Shown in pieces: positions 50,946 through 63,913 of a DNA stretch of 64,000 bases. The DNA is from Octopus vulgaris. Its lineage: Eukaryota. The position numbers and the translations under genes are program-made. The stretch spans positions 29,078,001-29,142,000 of the forward strand of contig OX597839.1 in NCBI GenBank assembly GCA_951406725.2. The letters are read 5' to 3'. How positions within the stretch are numbered: position 1 is the first letter of the stretch; every line of letters starts with the position of its first letter. The notes below the pieces were generated by a model. That model made no database searches. It saw only the letters and a list, made by a program, of their open reading frames with translations, and was not told the origin of the DNA.

Positions 50946-52396
50946 AGTCATGATATTTAGAGGATACATATTAAGAGAAACACCAATATAAAGAGTTCCC
51001 CATTTCAGGTTTTTGGAACTCAACATCTTATATGATGCCCTGAGCATTTGGGTGCCAAACTGCAATGGATCATCAGCTGAACACTTTATTCTGTTACAGA
51101 GCTCTAATATACAGCACTATAGATATTGTTTTCAAATTCTGACACAAGGCCAGCAATTTCAGGAGAGGGGTTAAGTCCATTACATTGACCCCAGTGTGTA
51201 ACTGGTACTCGTTTTATCGACCCCCAAAAGGATGAATGGCAAAGTCAACCTTGGCAGAATTTGAACTTGGAACATAAAGTCAGACAAAATGCTGTTAAGC
51301 TTTCTGTCTGGTCTGCTAACCATTCTGCCAGCCGGCTGTTTTCTGTGTACTATAAATATTCTTTCCTACTCTAGGCACAAGACCTGAAATTTTTGGGGAG
51401 GAGCCAGTCGATTAGATCAATCCCAGTATGCAACTGGTACTTGATTTATCAACCCCTGAAAGGATGAAAGGCAAAGTTGACCTCGGCAGAATTTGAACTC
51501 AGAACGTAAAGACAGACGAAATACGGCTATGCATTTCGCTCAGCGTGCTAACCTTTCTGCCAGCTCGCCTCCTGCACTATAAATATTATGTTATTTAATT
51601 CATATCTAAATCTCCAGAAGTATCTCACTTACTTCTCAGATAATTTGCCAGCACATCAGCTGAAACATTGTGTCAACAACAAACAAGATGAAGAGAAATA
51701 TCTGTCAAATGTAAATACTGTACATAATTCCTCATCTCTCAAATATAGAACTTAATAATAATAATAAAAACAATCAGGTCACTGGAGTACAATAAACCAT
51801 ACTGACCCTGTAAACACCATCACCACCACCACCACTACTGCAAGCAACTTCATCTTAAAGGATATTTTTTTCCCTCCAAAACTGTAAAATCTAGGGTCTA
51901 AAAAGTCAAGGGAATATAAACTATTATATTTCCATATTGCTGAAACAAGGAATTTTTCAACATAGAGAATACTCCCCAGGCTTCTCTCTTATTACTTATA
52001 TTACATTTTTTAACATTTTTTATTATTATTTCTGAATGGCGTATTTATTGTTGTTATTGTTATTATTATCATTACCCTCATTACTAGTCATGCATTATTT
52101 TCTGCCGTATTACACCCAATTCTCAAATGCTAACAAAGATGGAACAAATCCCTTTTTTTCCTTTCGTCTAGCAAATGTTTTTACAGCTGGCTTCCCAGCT
52201 GGGTACCCCTCCATTTAGTCGAGCAGTCAATTTTAAGCCCAAGAAAAACGTGTGCATAATAATAATGATAATAATAATAATAATAATAATAATGAAAATA
52301 AAAATAAAACGATTTTATATTCACATTCATGATTTTTTTTTTAATATTGCTACCTCGGGCAGCCTGACCTTCAACAAATCTAAAAATGTGTATAAA

Positions 52397-52455
<59 letters not shown>

Positions 52456-52736
52456 TATATACTATATTTATAGTAAGTTTGCATATAAAATATGTATATA
52501 TGTGTGTGTGTATATATATATATTCTTTTATTCTTTTACTGGTTTCAGTCATTTGACTGTGGCCATGCTAGAGCACCACCTTTAGTTGAACAAATTGACC
52601 CCAGGACTTATTCTTTATAAGCCTAGTACTTATTCTATCAGCCACTTTTGCCAAACCGCTAAGTGACAGGGACGTATACATATATATGTGCGTGTGTGTG
52701 TGTGTGTGTGTATGCTTATAGATGTATATGTTTGTG

Positions 52737-52772
<36 letters not shown>

Positions 52773-54619
52773 TGCACACATGTGAGTATGCATGCAATAT
52801 GTATACACTGTTTGAAGCAAGTGCTTATGTAGCAGCAGCAGTATGGCTGGCCCCAGGGGGTGAGGAGATACTGTAGAACCAATTAAGAGTGAAATGGTTT
52901 GTATCCTGACACCAAACCACTGGGGGCCAATGGCGACAAGTTTTTCACCCACAGAACCTAAGCTCAGCAGACGCTGTTGGTGTTGTTGTTGTTGTTGCTT
53001 AGGTCAAGGCCAGTCCTGCAGTCCTGACAGTAATAGACTTATTTATGATTAAAGACAGTCCAGTAATGACCATCCTTTCTTTCTTTCTTTCTTCATTAAA
53101 GGTTAACATGTAAGCACAGGCATGGTTGTGTGGTTAAGAAACTTACTTTGCAGCCACAAAGTTTTAGGTTCAGTTCCACTGCGTGGCACCCTGGCCAAAG
53201 ATCATCTATTAGAGTTCAGGGTCAATTGGTGCCTTGTCAGCGAATTCGGCAGATGGAAACTGTGTAGAATCCCATTGTGCATGCGCGCGCACATACACAC
53301 GTATACAGTTCTTTTTATCTTATACCTTAATTCGGTCATTAGACTGTGGCCATGCTGGAGCACCACCTAATGCATTTTAGTCAAAAGTAATTGACCCCCA
53401 GCACTTATTTTCTTTTTAAGCCTGGTACTTAGTGTATTGGTCTCTTTTGCTGAACTGCTACAGTACAGGAATGTAAACACACCAACACCGGTTGTCAAGT
53501 GGTGGTGGTGGACAAACACAAAGAAACACACATAATATATATATATATATATATATATAGATAGATAGATAGATAGATAGAGAAATATTACATTTCTAAA
53601 TCTTTCAAAGAGAGACATGCAGTAACAGCATAATAAAGTGATGGCTTGTTGCCAACTCAATGTGGCAGTCCCAGGAAAGGGAGGAATGTTACTGTTATTT
53701 AGCCCCAAGAAACACTGTTTCTAGCTGGCTTAATGACACAAATGTTCTGTGTCCTTATGTTTTTGAACATGGGAGATTAGCACCTTCACCCAGCATCCAT
53801 ACATACGATGGGCTTCTTTCAGTTTCCATCAATCAAATCCACTCACAAGGCTTTGGTTGGCCCGATGCTATAGTAGAAGTCACCTGCCCAAGGTGCCATG
53901 CAGTGGGACTGAACCCGGAATCATGTGGTTGGTAAGCAAACTTCTTACCACAACTAGGAAACTGCACTGTAACTATTCATGCTAAAAAAAACATATTCAT
54001 GAAGTAAAATATTCATGTGGCACCTTGGACACATGCATTCTCCTATAGCCTTGGGCCGACAAAAGCCTCATTAGTGGATTTGGTAGATGGAAACTGAAAG
54101 AAGCCCATTGTGTATGTGTGTGTCTGTGTTTGTACTCCCACCATCGCTTGACAACTGATATTGGTGTGTTTATGTCCCCGTAACTTAGCAGTTCAGCAAA
54201 AGAGACCAATAGAATAAGTACTAGGCTTACAAAGAATAAGTCCTGGGGTCGATTTGTTTGACTGAAGGCAGTGCTCCAGCATGGCCACAGTTAAATGACT
54301 TGAAACAAATAAAACAATAAATCAATAAATATATTCATTTACGAAATAGCTGCCCTCTTGAATAAGTACAACCAGTCAATGTAACATGGGAAAGAGTAAT
54401 CCCTCGACTATCATGGCTGTTATGTTCCAAAACATCCCACAGAAATAATTAAAATCTAAAAAAATATAAATACCTTTTGGCTCCAGAAAGCCATGATATA
54501 CTGAGGGGTCCACGATGTAAATTTACATGTGTTAGCCAGAAAAATCTGTGATGTACTGAGTGTGTGCAATAGGTGAACCAAGAGGTACTGAGTCCAAAAC
54601 AGGTGAACTGCAATGTACT

Positions 54620-54937
54620 GAGACCCCCTTCAGTCATGACACAAACCATGGGATTGCACCTAGAAAGTTACCCTCCCAAGCACAAATCCGGGCAAGGTTG
54701 TTTATGGAAGGCCAGTAGTCACCCATGACATACTGGCCTCCCCTCTCCACACCACCAGTGTCATCTAAGGGAAAGGCAAAGGGGCCAATACAGCTTGGCA
54801 CCTGTGACGTCGCAACACATTTCCACAGCTGAGAGTGTCTTACTCAAGAACACAACACACAGCCTGGTCCGGGATTCGAGCTCACAACCTCACGATCGTA
54901 AGCTCGACGCTCTAACCACTGAGCTATGCGCCTTCAC
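54620..54937 (-). mobile_element. tRNA-headed SINE with 14-bp target-site duplication
   Basis: Head GTGAAGGCGCATAGCTCAGTGGTTAGAGCG...GCTCGAATCCCG; TSD aactgcaatgtact at 54606-54619 and 54939-54952; same family at 33255-33590 and 40090-40413. Confidence 0.88.
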
Positions 54938-55219
54938 AAACTGCAATGTACTTGAGTCCAAAATAGGTGAACCAGGACGTACTGAGTGCATGATAGGTGA
55001 ACAATGGCATGGCATGGGATTATTGTAATAACATTATCACAAAATACTCAGTCACGATCAGCTAAACTGGTTGACTATAAAAATATTTTACTTCACAAAT
55101 ATATTTCTTCAACATAAATATTTCAGAGCACTTTTCTTTTTATTTTTATTATAATTCAACACATGACGTCTTTCTCAAACATTTCCATTACACACACACA
55201 CACACACATGTACTTGTTA

Positions 55220-55368
55220 CTAGTGAAGGCTGGTTTATAGGGCTACCCTGGGTTTCTCGCCATAAAGGTATCCTTTATGGCGTATCTTCAGACCCTAAGA
55301 TCTCAACAGGTCTTAGGGTCTCAAGATACCTTTATGACGAGAAATCCAGTGTAACTGGCCTTCACTAG
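55220..55368. repeat. ~150-bp imperfect palindrome (MITE-like)
   Basis: ctagtgaaggc / gccttcactag termini; gaccctaaga / tcttagggtc centre. Confidence 0.8.
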
Positions 55369-55549
55369 GAATAAATATAGACTGCTCTACTGCTTAGAGT
55401 GGGCTTCTTGTCCAAATTTATGTTTTTCTAAAAACACACACACACACACACATATATATATACTTCAAATATAAGGACAAAATTTTTTTAAAAACTTTAT
55501 TAATGGCCAGTATATGAAAAAGTACCTTTAAAGGTGAAATTATAAATAT

Positions 55550-56340
55550 AATTATAAATAATTTTCTTTGCCACCATACTGAAATAGATGCTAAATCGTG
55601 TAACCACATTAAATATTTTCACTATTATTATTCCACAAGTGTTGAAACGAGGAAGCAAGACAAGAGAAATTCATAAAAATTTAGTTATCCCTGATTTGGC
55701 CCAATTTCTGGGTTAATCCAAAGGGATTTTTCCTTCATCAGTGAGGAACACTGAAAATGAAAATAAATGGAATACTTACAGATACCCATGGAAAAGCAGA
55801 CGTAGTGACATGAGTACATCTAAGTACCCCAGATACAACCAAATTGGGACGGGTTAAACACTTTGTCTGACTTTATGTTCCAAGTTCAAATTCTGCCAAG
55901 GTTGACTTTGCCATTCATCCTTTTGGGGGTCGATAAAACGAGTACCAGTTACACACTGGGGTCAATGGAATGGACTTAACCCCTCTCCTGAAATTGCTGG
56001 TCCTGACTGGTTGCACACGTGTCAAGGCTTGCTATGGAATTTCTATTTGGTTGTATCTGGGGTACTTAGATGTACTCATGTCACTACGTCTGCTTTTCCA
56101 TGGGTATCTGTAAGTATTCCATTTATTTTCATTTTCAGTGTTCCTCACTGATGAAGGAAAAATCCTTTTGGATTAACCCAGAAATTGGGCCAATACAGGG
56201 ATAACTAAATTTTTATGAATTTCTCTTGTCTTGCTTGACATGTGTAATAATAGTGAAAATATTTAATGTTGTTAAACGATTTAGCGTCTTGTTCAGTATA
56301 TTGGCAAGGAAAATTTTTTCTTTTGCCCGTATTTATAATT
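55550..56340. repeat. Long inverted repeat (192-bp near-perfect inner arms, weaker outer arms)
   Basis: 55653-55844 is the reverse complement of 56045-56236 with about 3 mismatches by eye; 200-bp spacer holds a SINE fragment. Confidence 0.92.
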
Positions 56341-56562
56341 GTGTGTGTGTGTGTGTATATATATATATACACACACACACATACGTATATACATATATAT
56401 GACAGGCTTCTTTCAGTTTCCATCTACGAAATTCACTCACACGGCTTTGGTTGACCCAATGCCATAGTAGAAGACACTTGCCCAAGGTCCCATGCAGTGG
56501 AACTGAACCTAGAACCATGTGGTTGGAAAGCAAGCTTCTTACTACACAACCATGCCTGCACC

Positions 56563-56599
<37 letters not shown>

Positions 56600-58553
56600 A
56601 CTGAGCCTTGTAGTATTTACTGATATCAAGCCACAACATACATAGATCAGAATTGAGCCCCTGAACCTGTGCAATCTCCAGGTAACCACCCAGTGTGCTT
56701 ATGTCCTTTGACAGCATTGACTGACCGCATTAAAGAGATAAAGGCTTCCCCTAAGAACCCTAATCTCTCGATGCTTATTAACCGACCAATAAACTGGGGC
56801 AATAAAGCTAACAGACCGGTCACCTCACTGCTTTAGCCATGGTTTAGAGAAAATGGTGGCACTGCCAATATTTAAACATTTCCTCATTGATTTTCATGCT
56901 TTCTTTCAATAACTCAATCACAGCACCTCTATTTGTAACCGTATATAAATAGAAGCTATCTGTTAACCTTAAAAATAGAAATAATCCATCGACTTCCAAA
57001 TTTTCATGAATGATTTTTCATATTTCTGTCCCTTCATTGTTCGCTATATTTAGAAAAGTTATTTGTTTGTGTTTGTTGTAGTAACCCAACACCGTTGACG
57101 TAGGACGCCTTTCCGGACATTTCAAGAAATTATTTCTCAATGGCTGAGAAGTCAAATTTATTCTAATCTGTTACCTTTTACTGGTTTCAGTTTGTCTCAG
57201 TCATCGGGCTGTGGCCATGCTGGGGCACTGCTTTGAAGGTTTTAGCCAAACAAATCAACCCCTGTACTTACTTTTCAAGTGTGGGACCTATTCTATCAGT
57301 TTCTTTTGTTGAACTGCTAAGTTACAGGGATGTAAACAAACCAACACCGGTCGTCAAGCAGTGTGTATGTGTGTGTGGAACAAATACAAACACATAATGT
57401 CTTTATCTTTTGTTTCAGTCATTGGACTGTGGCCATGCTGGGGCACTACCTTGAATGGTTTAGCTAAACAAATCAACCCCCTGTACTCCTGGTCGAATCA
57501 TTAGCAGACCAGGTAAGATGCTTAGCAGCATTTCATCTGTTCACTTTACCTTTCATCCTTTCAGGGTCAATAAATTAAGTACCAGTGAAACACTGGGGTC
57601 AATGTGACTGATTAGTCCCTTCCCCTCAAAATTTCAGCTCTTCTGCCTTTAGTAGAAAGGATTATGATTATCATTATTATTATTATTATTGTTAGTGAAG
57701 GCACATGGCTTAGTGGTTAGGGTGCTGCACTCACGACTCCTAGACTGGGTGGTGCGTTGTGTTCTTGAGCAAAACACTTCATCTCTCTTGGCTCTGCGAT
57801 CACTTTAACACCATGCACCCGTTCAGGTAATGTCAATTTGATGGAGGGAGTCAGCTAATAATGTATGGCACATACATTCAATCACTATAAGCAAATCATT
57901 TGTGCAAAGTTGATTGGTGGGTGAGGGTATGAACACTCATACATCATCTTCAACGGGGGAGTCCATTATTATTATTATTATTATTTATTATTATTATTTT
58001 CTGTTTTGTTCTTGTGTGCTGTAACTGGTCCTTTGATATTGTCCTCCATATCGTGGGCCCTTGTGACCAACAAAAAGGATCATCATCATCATCATCATCA
58101 TCATCATAATAAAGGTGACAAGCTGGCAGAACCTTCAGCATTCTGGACAAAATGCACAAGAGCATTTGGCCAGCCTTTACATTCTGAGTTAAAATGTCGC
58201 TTGAAGGTCAACTTTGCTTTTAATCCCTTTCTGGGGTTGGTAAAATAAGTACCAGTTATGCACTGGGATTCAATATAATCGACCAACTCTCACCCTGCAA
58301 TCAAATTTCAGGCCTTGGGCCTATGGCAGAAAAAAATTACCAGTTATCATTATAAAGCCCGCAGAAGACCCTTGATTGATCACAGAGGTCCCTATGAACA
58401 AAAGAACTGACTTGCCGCTAAATACCACCACCACCACCAACAACAACAAAAAGAGACAATTTGAACTCAAATCCATATTAAGCAAGGCAGTCCACTCACT
58501 TACTCCACCATGTAACTTGGCTGTTTCATTCATCCGCCGTGCACACACAGATA

Positions 58554-58588
<35 letters not shown>

Positions 58589-59365
58589 AAATGGTGGCAG
58601 AAGAAGAGAAAGGAGATGATTTCCTGGACATTATTCGTTAAGCAGTGAGGTTCTAACCTGCAGCAATATTTTCAAACTGATTTAATCAAGCTATTTTGGT
58701 GGCCATCAAAACATTTTCACCCTGTAGTGATAGCTATTTTCAGTCTGTACTAGTAAAACACTTGTTCTATTATCAAAAACAAACACACACACACACAAAT
58801 GATCTGAAACACCTCCCCACCACCTCCCTCCCATCCAAGAAAAACAAACAAAAAACAAACAAAACCAACCAAAATGAAAACCCGCCATTTTGGAGGAGCT
58901 ATTTTTAAATTAATATTTTGCATTAATTGTATTTCTCCACATCGTTTGCATTTTACAATTTTAAAAATAAGACCTGGGTTTTGTAGCAGCGTAAAAATGA
59001 AGCCGCCAACCAAATGAAATGCCATTGTCTAAAATACTGACACTATTTATTATTTTGTGCGGAATGGTGTTTTTTTTGGGGGGGTTGTTTTTATATTTTA
59101 TAGTTTTCTTTTTATTTTTCGGTATTTCTGTTTTATGGTTTGTTTGTTTGTGTAAGATTTAGTAAAATGCGACCACTGTTTTAGACCTGAGTTTACGGAT
59201 GGGTGTGATGTTGCATGTATTTGTGGAGATAAACAGGAGCTGGAGAGGAGGAGGAGGGTGGGGGGGGGCGAAGAAAAAGAAAATAAAATTAGGCGGTTTT
59301 CAATGACCTTAAGTTGTGGTTAATGTAAATTGTTAATACATGAAATGTTTTGAAAGAAAATCTGG

Positions 59366-59401
<36 letters not shown>

Positions 59402-60272
59402 TGCCCTGATGCAGTACCAGGCAGTGGCTCTCATGGCTTCTGATCTTAACTGATTGGAAGTGTTATCATGTACGGTATAAAAGATGGGCTACAGCAAATA
59501 TTCTGCTCAATGCCACAGATTTGCTTGTCGGTTGTTTGACCGTAACCAGTTGAGCATGTCCCTTAGTGGCTGACGATATGTGCATCTCTGATCACGAGCA
59601 GAAGTAGTGGGGGAGCATCATAGCCATGTGTTGAAAGGAATTCTTTGGGGCTTGAATGATTCACCTCTGAAAACATGGGTGTTTCATTCAACATCCTTAT
59701 TCAACAAGCCTTATTCAGTGACCCTTTGAGTGGGATGGGCTACTCGACCTGAAGAAAATTCTAACAGGGCCCCCACCTGCAATGTCATGTGCTGTTTATC
59801 TTGATATGAGATCACCATGTCACGCACATATGGTTGTGATGCATGTGGCTGGTGAATCCTTAACAGACGGGTAGTCATGATGGGTATACTGGGCTTTGCA
59901 TATTTGTCCCCAGTGTCAGTTAATAATAATCTTTTTGTTATAGGCACAAGGCCTAAAATATTTTTGGGAGGTGGGGTGGGATAGTTGATTGCTGAGCTCA
60001 ACTGATACTTATTTTAATGACCATGAAATGATGATAGGCAAATGTGACCTTGGTGAAATTTGAACTCAGAACATAAACATGGACAAAAGCTGCTAAGCAT
60101 TTTGTTCAGCATTGTAATGATTCTCTCAGCTCACCACCTTGATGATGATGATAATGGTTTCAGGGAAGTTGATTACATTGGCCTCAGTATTCAGCTGGTA
60201 CTTATTTTATTGAAACTGAATGGATGACTTGTTATATTTCGTAGCTATTTAAGCATTTCACATCACAGCAGT

Positions 60273-60337
60273 TAATAGGTAGGATGTGGCACTGATGAAA
60301 GAGCAATAACTCCTGAAATGTGCATATACACCTATTA
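60273..60337 (+). ncRNA. Degenerate hammerhead motif
   Basis: CTGATGA-AAGAG-CAATAA-CTCCT-GAAA-TGTGCA-TA with outer stem TAATAGGT/ACCTATTA. Confidence 0.5.
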
Positions 60338-60901
60338 CCTATTTTTCTCACTTCAATTGCTTTGTTTGTGTAGATGTATTCATAAATGAAAAGTTGTGAC
60401 TTTCAATGTTTGCTCTAAATTCTATAGAGTATCTGTAAAAGCAACTTTAAAAGGTGGTGGTAAAGAGCTTACTTCCCAACCGCATAGTTCCAGGTTCAGT
60501 CCCACTATGTGGCACCTTGGGCAAGTATCTTCTACTACAGCCTTGGGCTGATGAGAGCCTTGTGAGTGGATTTGGTAGAGAGAAACTGAAAGAAGCCTGT
60601 CATACATCTCTATATGTTATATTTGTGTGTGTGTGTGTGTGTGTGTGTTGGTTTGCCCCCCCCCATCCAGCACCACTTGACAACCAGTGTTGGTGTGTTT
60701 ATGTCCCTGTAACTTAGTGGATCAACAAAAGACACTAATAGAATGAAAACCCTTCAAGGTGGGGTGCTCCAGCATGGTTGCAGTCAAATGACTGAAACAA
60801 GCAAAAGAATATGTGTGTATGTGTGCGTGTGTATATATATATATATATATAAATAAAAATGAAATGACAAAGAAATAAACAATTATCTTATGAACTTCAT
60901 T

Positions 60902-60960
60902 AGCTTACAGCCGTTTCTGCTATGAGTGCCTGAGCAGCACCTTATAGCTTCATCAGAGCC
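60902..60960 (-). ncRNA. Type I hammerhead ribozyme motif, near-intact
   Basis: GGCT-CTGATGA-A-GCTAT..GTGC..GCAC..ATAGC-A-GAAA-CGGCTG-TA-AGCT: full core, stems I-III. Confidence 0.7.
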
Positions 60961-61623
60961 TTGAAGGTTTCTCCCCATTTCTGTTGCCCAAATCCATTCT
61001 CAAGACTTTGGACCACCTGGGGGCCATAAGCAGAAGTCACTTGTCTATATATCTTCCAGTCTTGTCTATAGTGTCAAGGGTTAAAACTTACAAAGCAAAG
61101 TTGGAAATTATGATTTGAATATATTTTTATAGCCTCTCTTCACACTCCTTGAAAATTCATATTTCCAAATTTAGGTGTTTTCATAAGCTATCATTGGAAG
61201 AAAGGGAGTTGGGATACAGACTGGGTGAATAAAGATGAATAAAAAAAAAAAATTAATAAAAAAAAGTTGAAGTTTATATGAAAATTATAAAAAAGGTAAT
61301 TTGAATATATTTGAAATTCAAATAATAAACAATTCTGTTTATGAAAATGTCAGTCTCATAGAAAGGAGAAAGAAAAGAATTGAAATAAAATTTCAATTCC
61401 ATATTTTTGAACTTCCCTTTTCAACCACAAATATTTCCAGTTTATGAAAACATCTGAGGTTTTTTAATTTTTTGATCAAGTTGAAATTTCTAAGTCAGGA
61501 ACAAATCTCACAACAACAGCAAACAATAACAAGAAGAAGAACACAAAATTCAAAGAAAATATTCAGATTCTTGTTTAAGAAAAAAAAAAAGGAATGTTTA
61601 CAAAGTTTCAATATTTTACTTAC

Positions 61624-61685
61624 CTTTCTAAAAATTTGTTAAATTCTTCTTTATTTAATTTTTTTCTAATTTCATCTTTGTATTT
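61624..61685 (-). CDS. GRK2: GRK2/3-type kinase exon, RH domain C-terminal part (KYKDEIRKKLNKEEFNKFLES)
   Basis: 62 nt, pyrimidine tract-TAG acceptor, GTAAGT donor, phase 0 to 2; aligns with GRK2 [21 protein letters not shown] and joins the next exon in frame. Confidence 0.88.
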
Positions 61686-63024
61686 CTAGTGGAAAGAAGA
61701 AGAAGAAGAAGAAAGAGAATAAATAAATATATAAATTGCAGAAAATAAACGATGGTTGTTTTTATTTCATGGAATCAGAAGTAAAGTAAATAATTATACA
61801 TTTAGGGATGGAAAACCAGATTTACCGAAAGAAAGGAAGGGTAGGGATATGGTGCATAGAAGAACCAACACCAATAATAAAGTATAATAGAGTTTACATG
61901 TGGTCATTCAAACTGTTAGAAATAGCAGTCAAATTCCTCTTAAATCATAACAAAAAAAATACTAGATCAATGCTTCTCAACCATGGCCCTCAAGCATCCT
62001 TCTGGCAGCCCCTAATGGTCTTCATTTTTAAATAAATTTTTCTTTAATTGACGAGTGTTTTCTCTTCTTTTGGTGTGGCTCCCCGCCCCCCAAAAAATCC
62101 AGGTTTTGGGTCTGGCCCAGATATTAGAAAGGTTGAGAACCATTCTAGTTATATATCATCACTATCATTTACCATCTGCTGTCCGTGCTGGCAAGCTGGG
62201 GGGGAGGTTCCAGTCTGATTTGGCATGGTTTCTACTAAAGGTACAAGGTCTGAAATTTTTGGGGAGGGGGCCAGTCGATAACATCCACTCCAGTGTTTCA
62301 CTTGTGCTTAATCTATCGATTCCGAAAGGATGAAAGGCAAAGCTGACCTCGCTGGAATTTGAACTCAGAATGTAAAGATGGACAAAATGCCGCCAAGCAT
62401 TTTGACTGGCGTACCAACGATTCTACCAACTTGCCTTCCTAATAATAATAATAATGGTAATAAAAACAGATGGAAAACTAAGAAGTTAGAATTTTGAAAT
62501 TTGCAGAAAAAACAACTAAAAAGCAAAACAATCCCCTCCCCCCAGAAAACAAGTACACACACACACACTTTCACCTCTTCCCCCCACCCCCATGCACGTG
62601 TGCATTGTGCATAGATAGAATCACATGTATGCACCTGAATAAACACAGATGGTAGCAAGATCAGTTCCACAAGAGAGGAAGAAATAATGCCAACATATGT
62701 TACATGTACATAGAGACACACACAGACGTGTGTGAGAGAGAGTTGGAACAGATCTTGCATGCACGAGAGGAGGGGGAGAGAGAGAGAGAGCAAAAGAAAG
62801 AGAGAAGGAAAAATATGCTTGTATCACATAACATATTTTGAAGGTTTTTTTTTGTTTTTTCTGTGTTTGTTGTTCTTTGGAAGGGTCTCCACGCATGGCC
62901 TTCCTGGGACCTCCAAGGTCGAAAGTATGCAAAAATACAGAGACACATGCACACACACACAATATCATTCAGCTGTTGAGCACATATACACCTGTTGAAT
63001 AGTATTCCCCTCCATATACACAAC

Positions 63025-63270
63025 ACATACACACACACAGAGTCTCAAACACACATCTGTTGAATAGCATACACATACACATGCATACACACACAGAGTC
63101 TCAAACACACATCTGTTGAATAGCATACACATACACATGCATACACACACAGAGTCTCAAACACACATCTGTTGAATAGCATACACATACACATGCATAC
63201 ACACACAGAGTCTCAAACACACATCTGTTGAATAGCATACACATACGCACATTCACACACATCTGTTGAA
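63025..63270. repeat. 56-bp minisatellite, about 4.5 copies
   Basis: agtctcaaacacacatctgttgaatagc recurs at 63041, 63097, 63153, 63209. Confidence 0.9.
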
Positions 63271-63869
63271 AGTACATGCATACTTTTTATCTGTTGAAAG
63301 AATATACACACATACAGAGGGGGAGAGAGAGAGAAAGAGAGAGAGAGGTGAGTGAGGGGTATAAACTGAAGTACAAATAAGATACAAAGCAAAAATATAT
63401 TTAAAAAAAACCCCAGATAATTGCCAGCAACCATGGGGAGTTGAATTGTTTTTGCTTTTAAATTTCAAACGAGTGTTTGAAATAGCAACCCCAGTTATTT
63501 GAAATAATACCCAGTTAGCAACCATGCTTTGTTGGAATAATAAACCAGTTGATAACCTTGGTTTGTTGAAATAAACCAGTTAGCATCTTTGCTTCTTAGC
63601 AGAAATAATAATTTTGTTAGCAACCAAGAATATTTGAAATAATAAACCCACTACTTGACCCTTTTGATACCAACCCAGCTGAAACCACCTCTGGTTCTTG
63701 TAGTACGAATGTCTTGTTTTCAAAAGTTCTGAATTAGAATCTTCCACCAAACCTTAGTCACAATTTATGTTCCTAAAACTAGATTAATGCAGTTCTAGAT
63801 TTAAGAGATGAGGAATTATGTACATTATTTACATTTGACGGATATTTGTCCTCATCTTGTTTGTTGTTA

Positions 63870-63913
63870 ACACAACATTTCGGCTGATATACCCTCCAGC
63901 CTTCTTCAGGTGT
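63870..63913 (-). ncRNA. Minimal type I hammerhead ribozyme motif
   Basis: ACAC-CTGAAGA-A-GGCTG-N10-CAGCC-GAAA-TG-TT-GTGT; same family at 1308-1347 and a half copy at 51655-51675. Confidence 0.7.

Noticed and set aside
54860-54937. tRNA gene (likewise 33515-33590, 37375-37450, 50870-50945)
   Set aside because: tRNA-like heads run into shared SINE bodies, several with TSDs; no intact cloverleaf.
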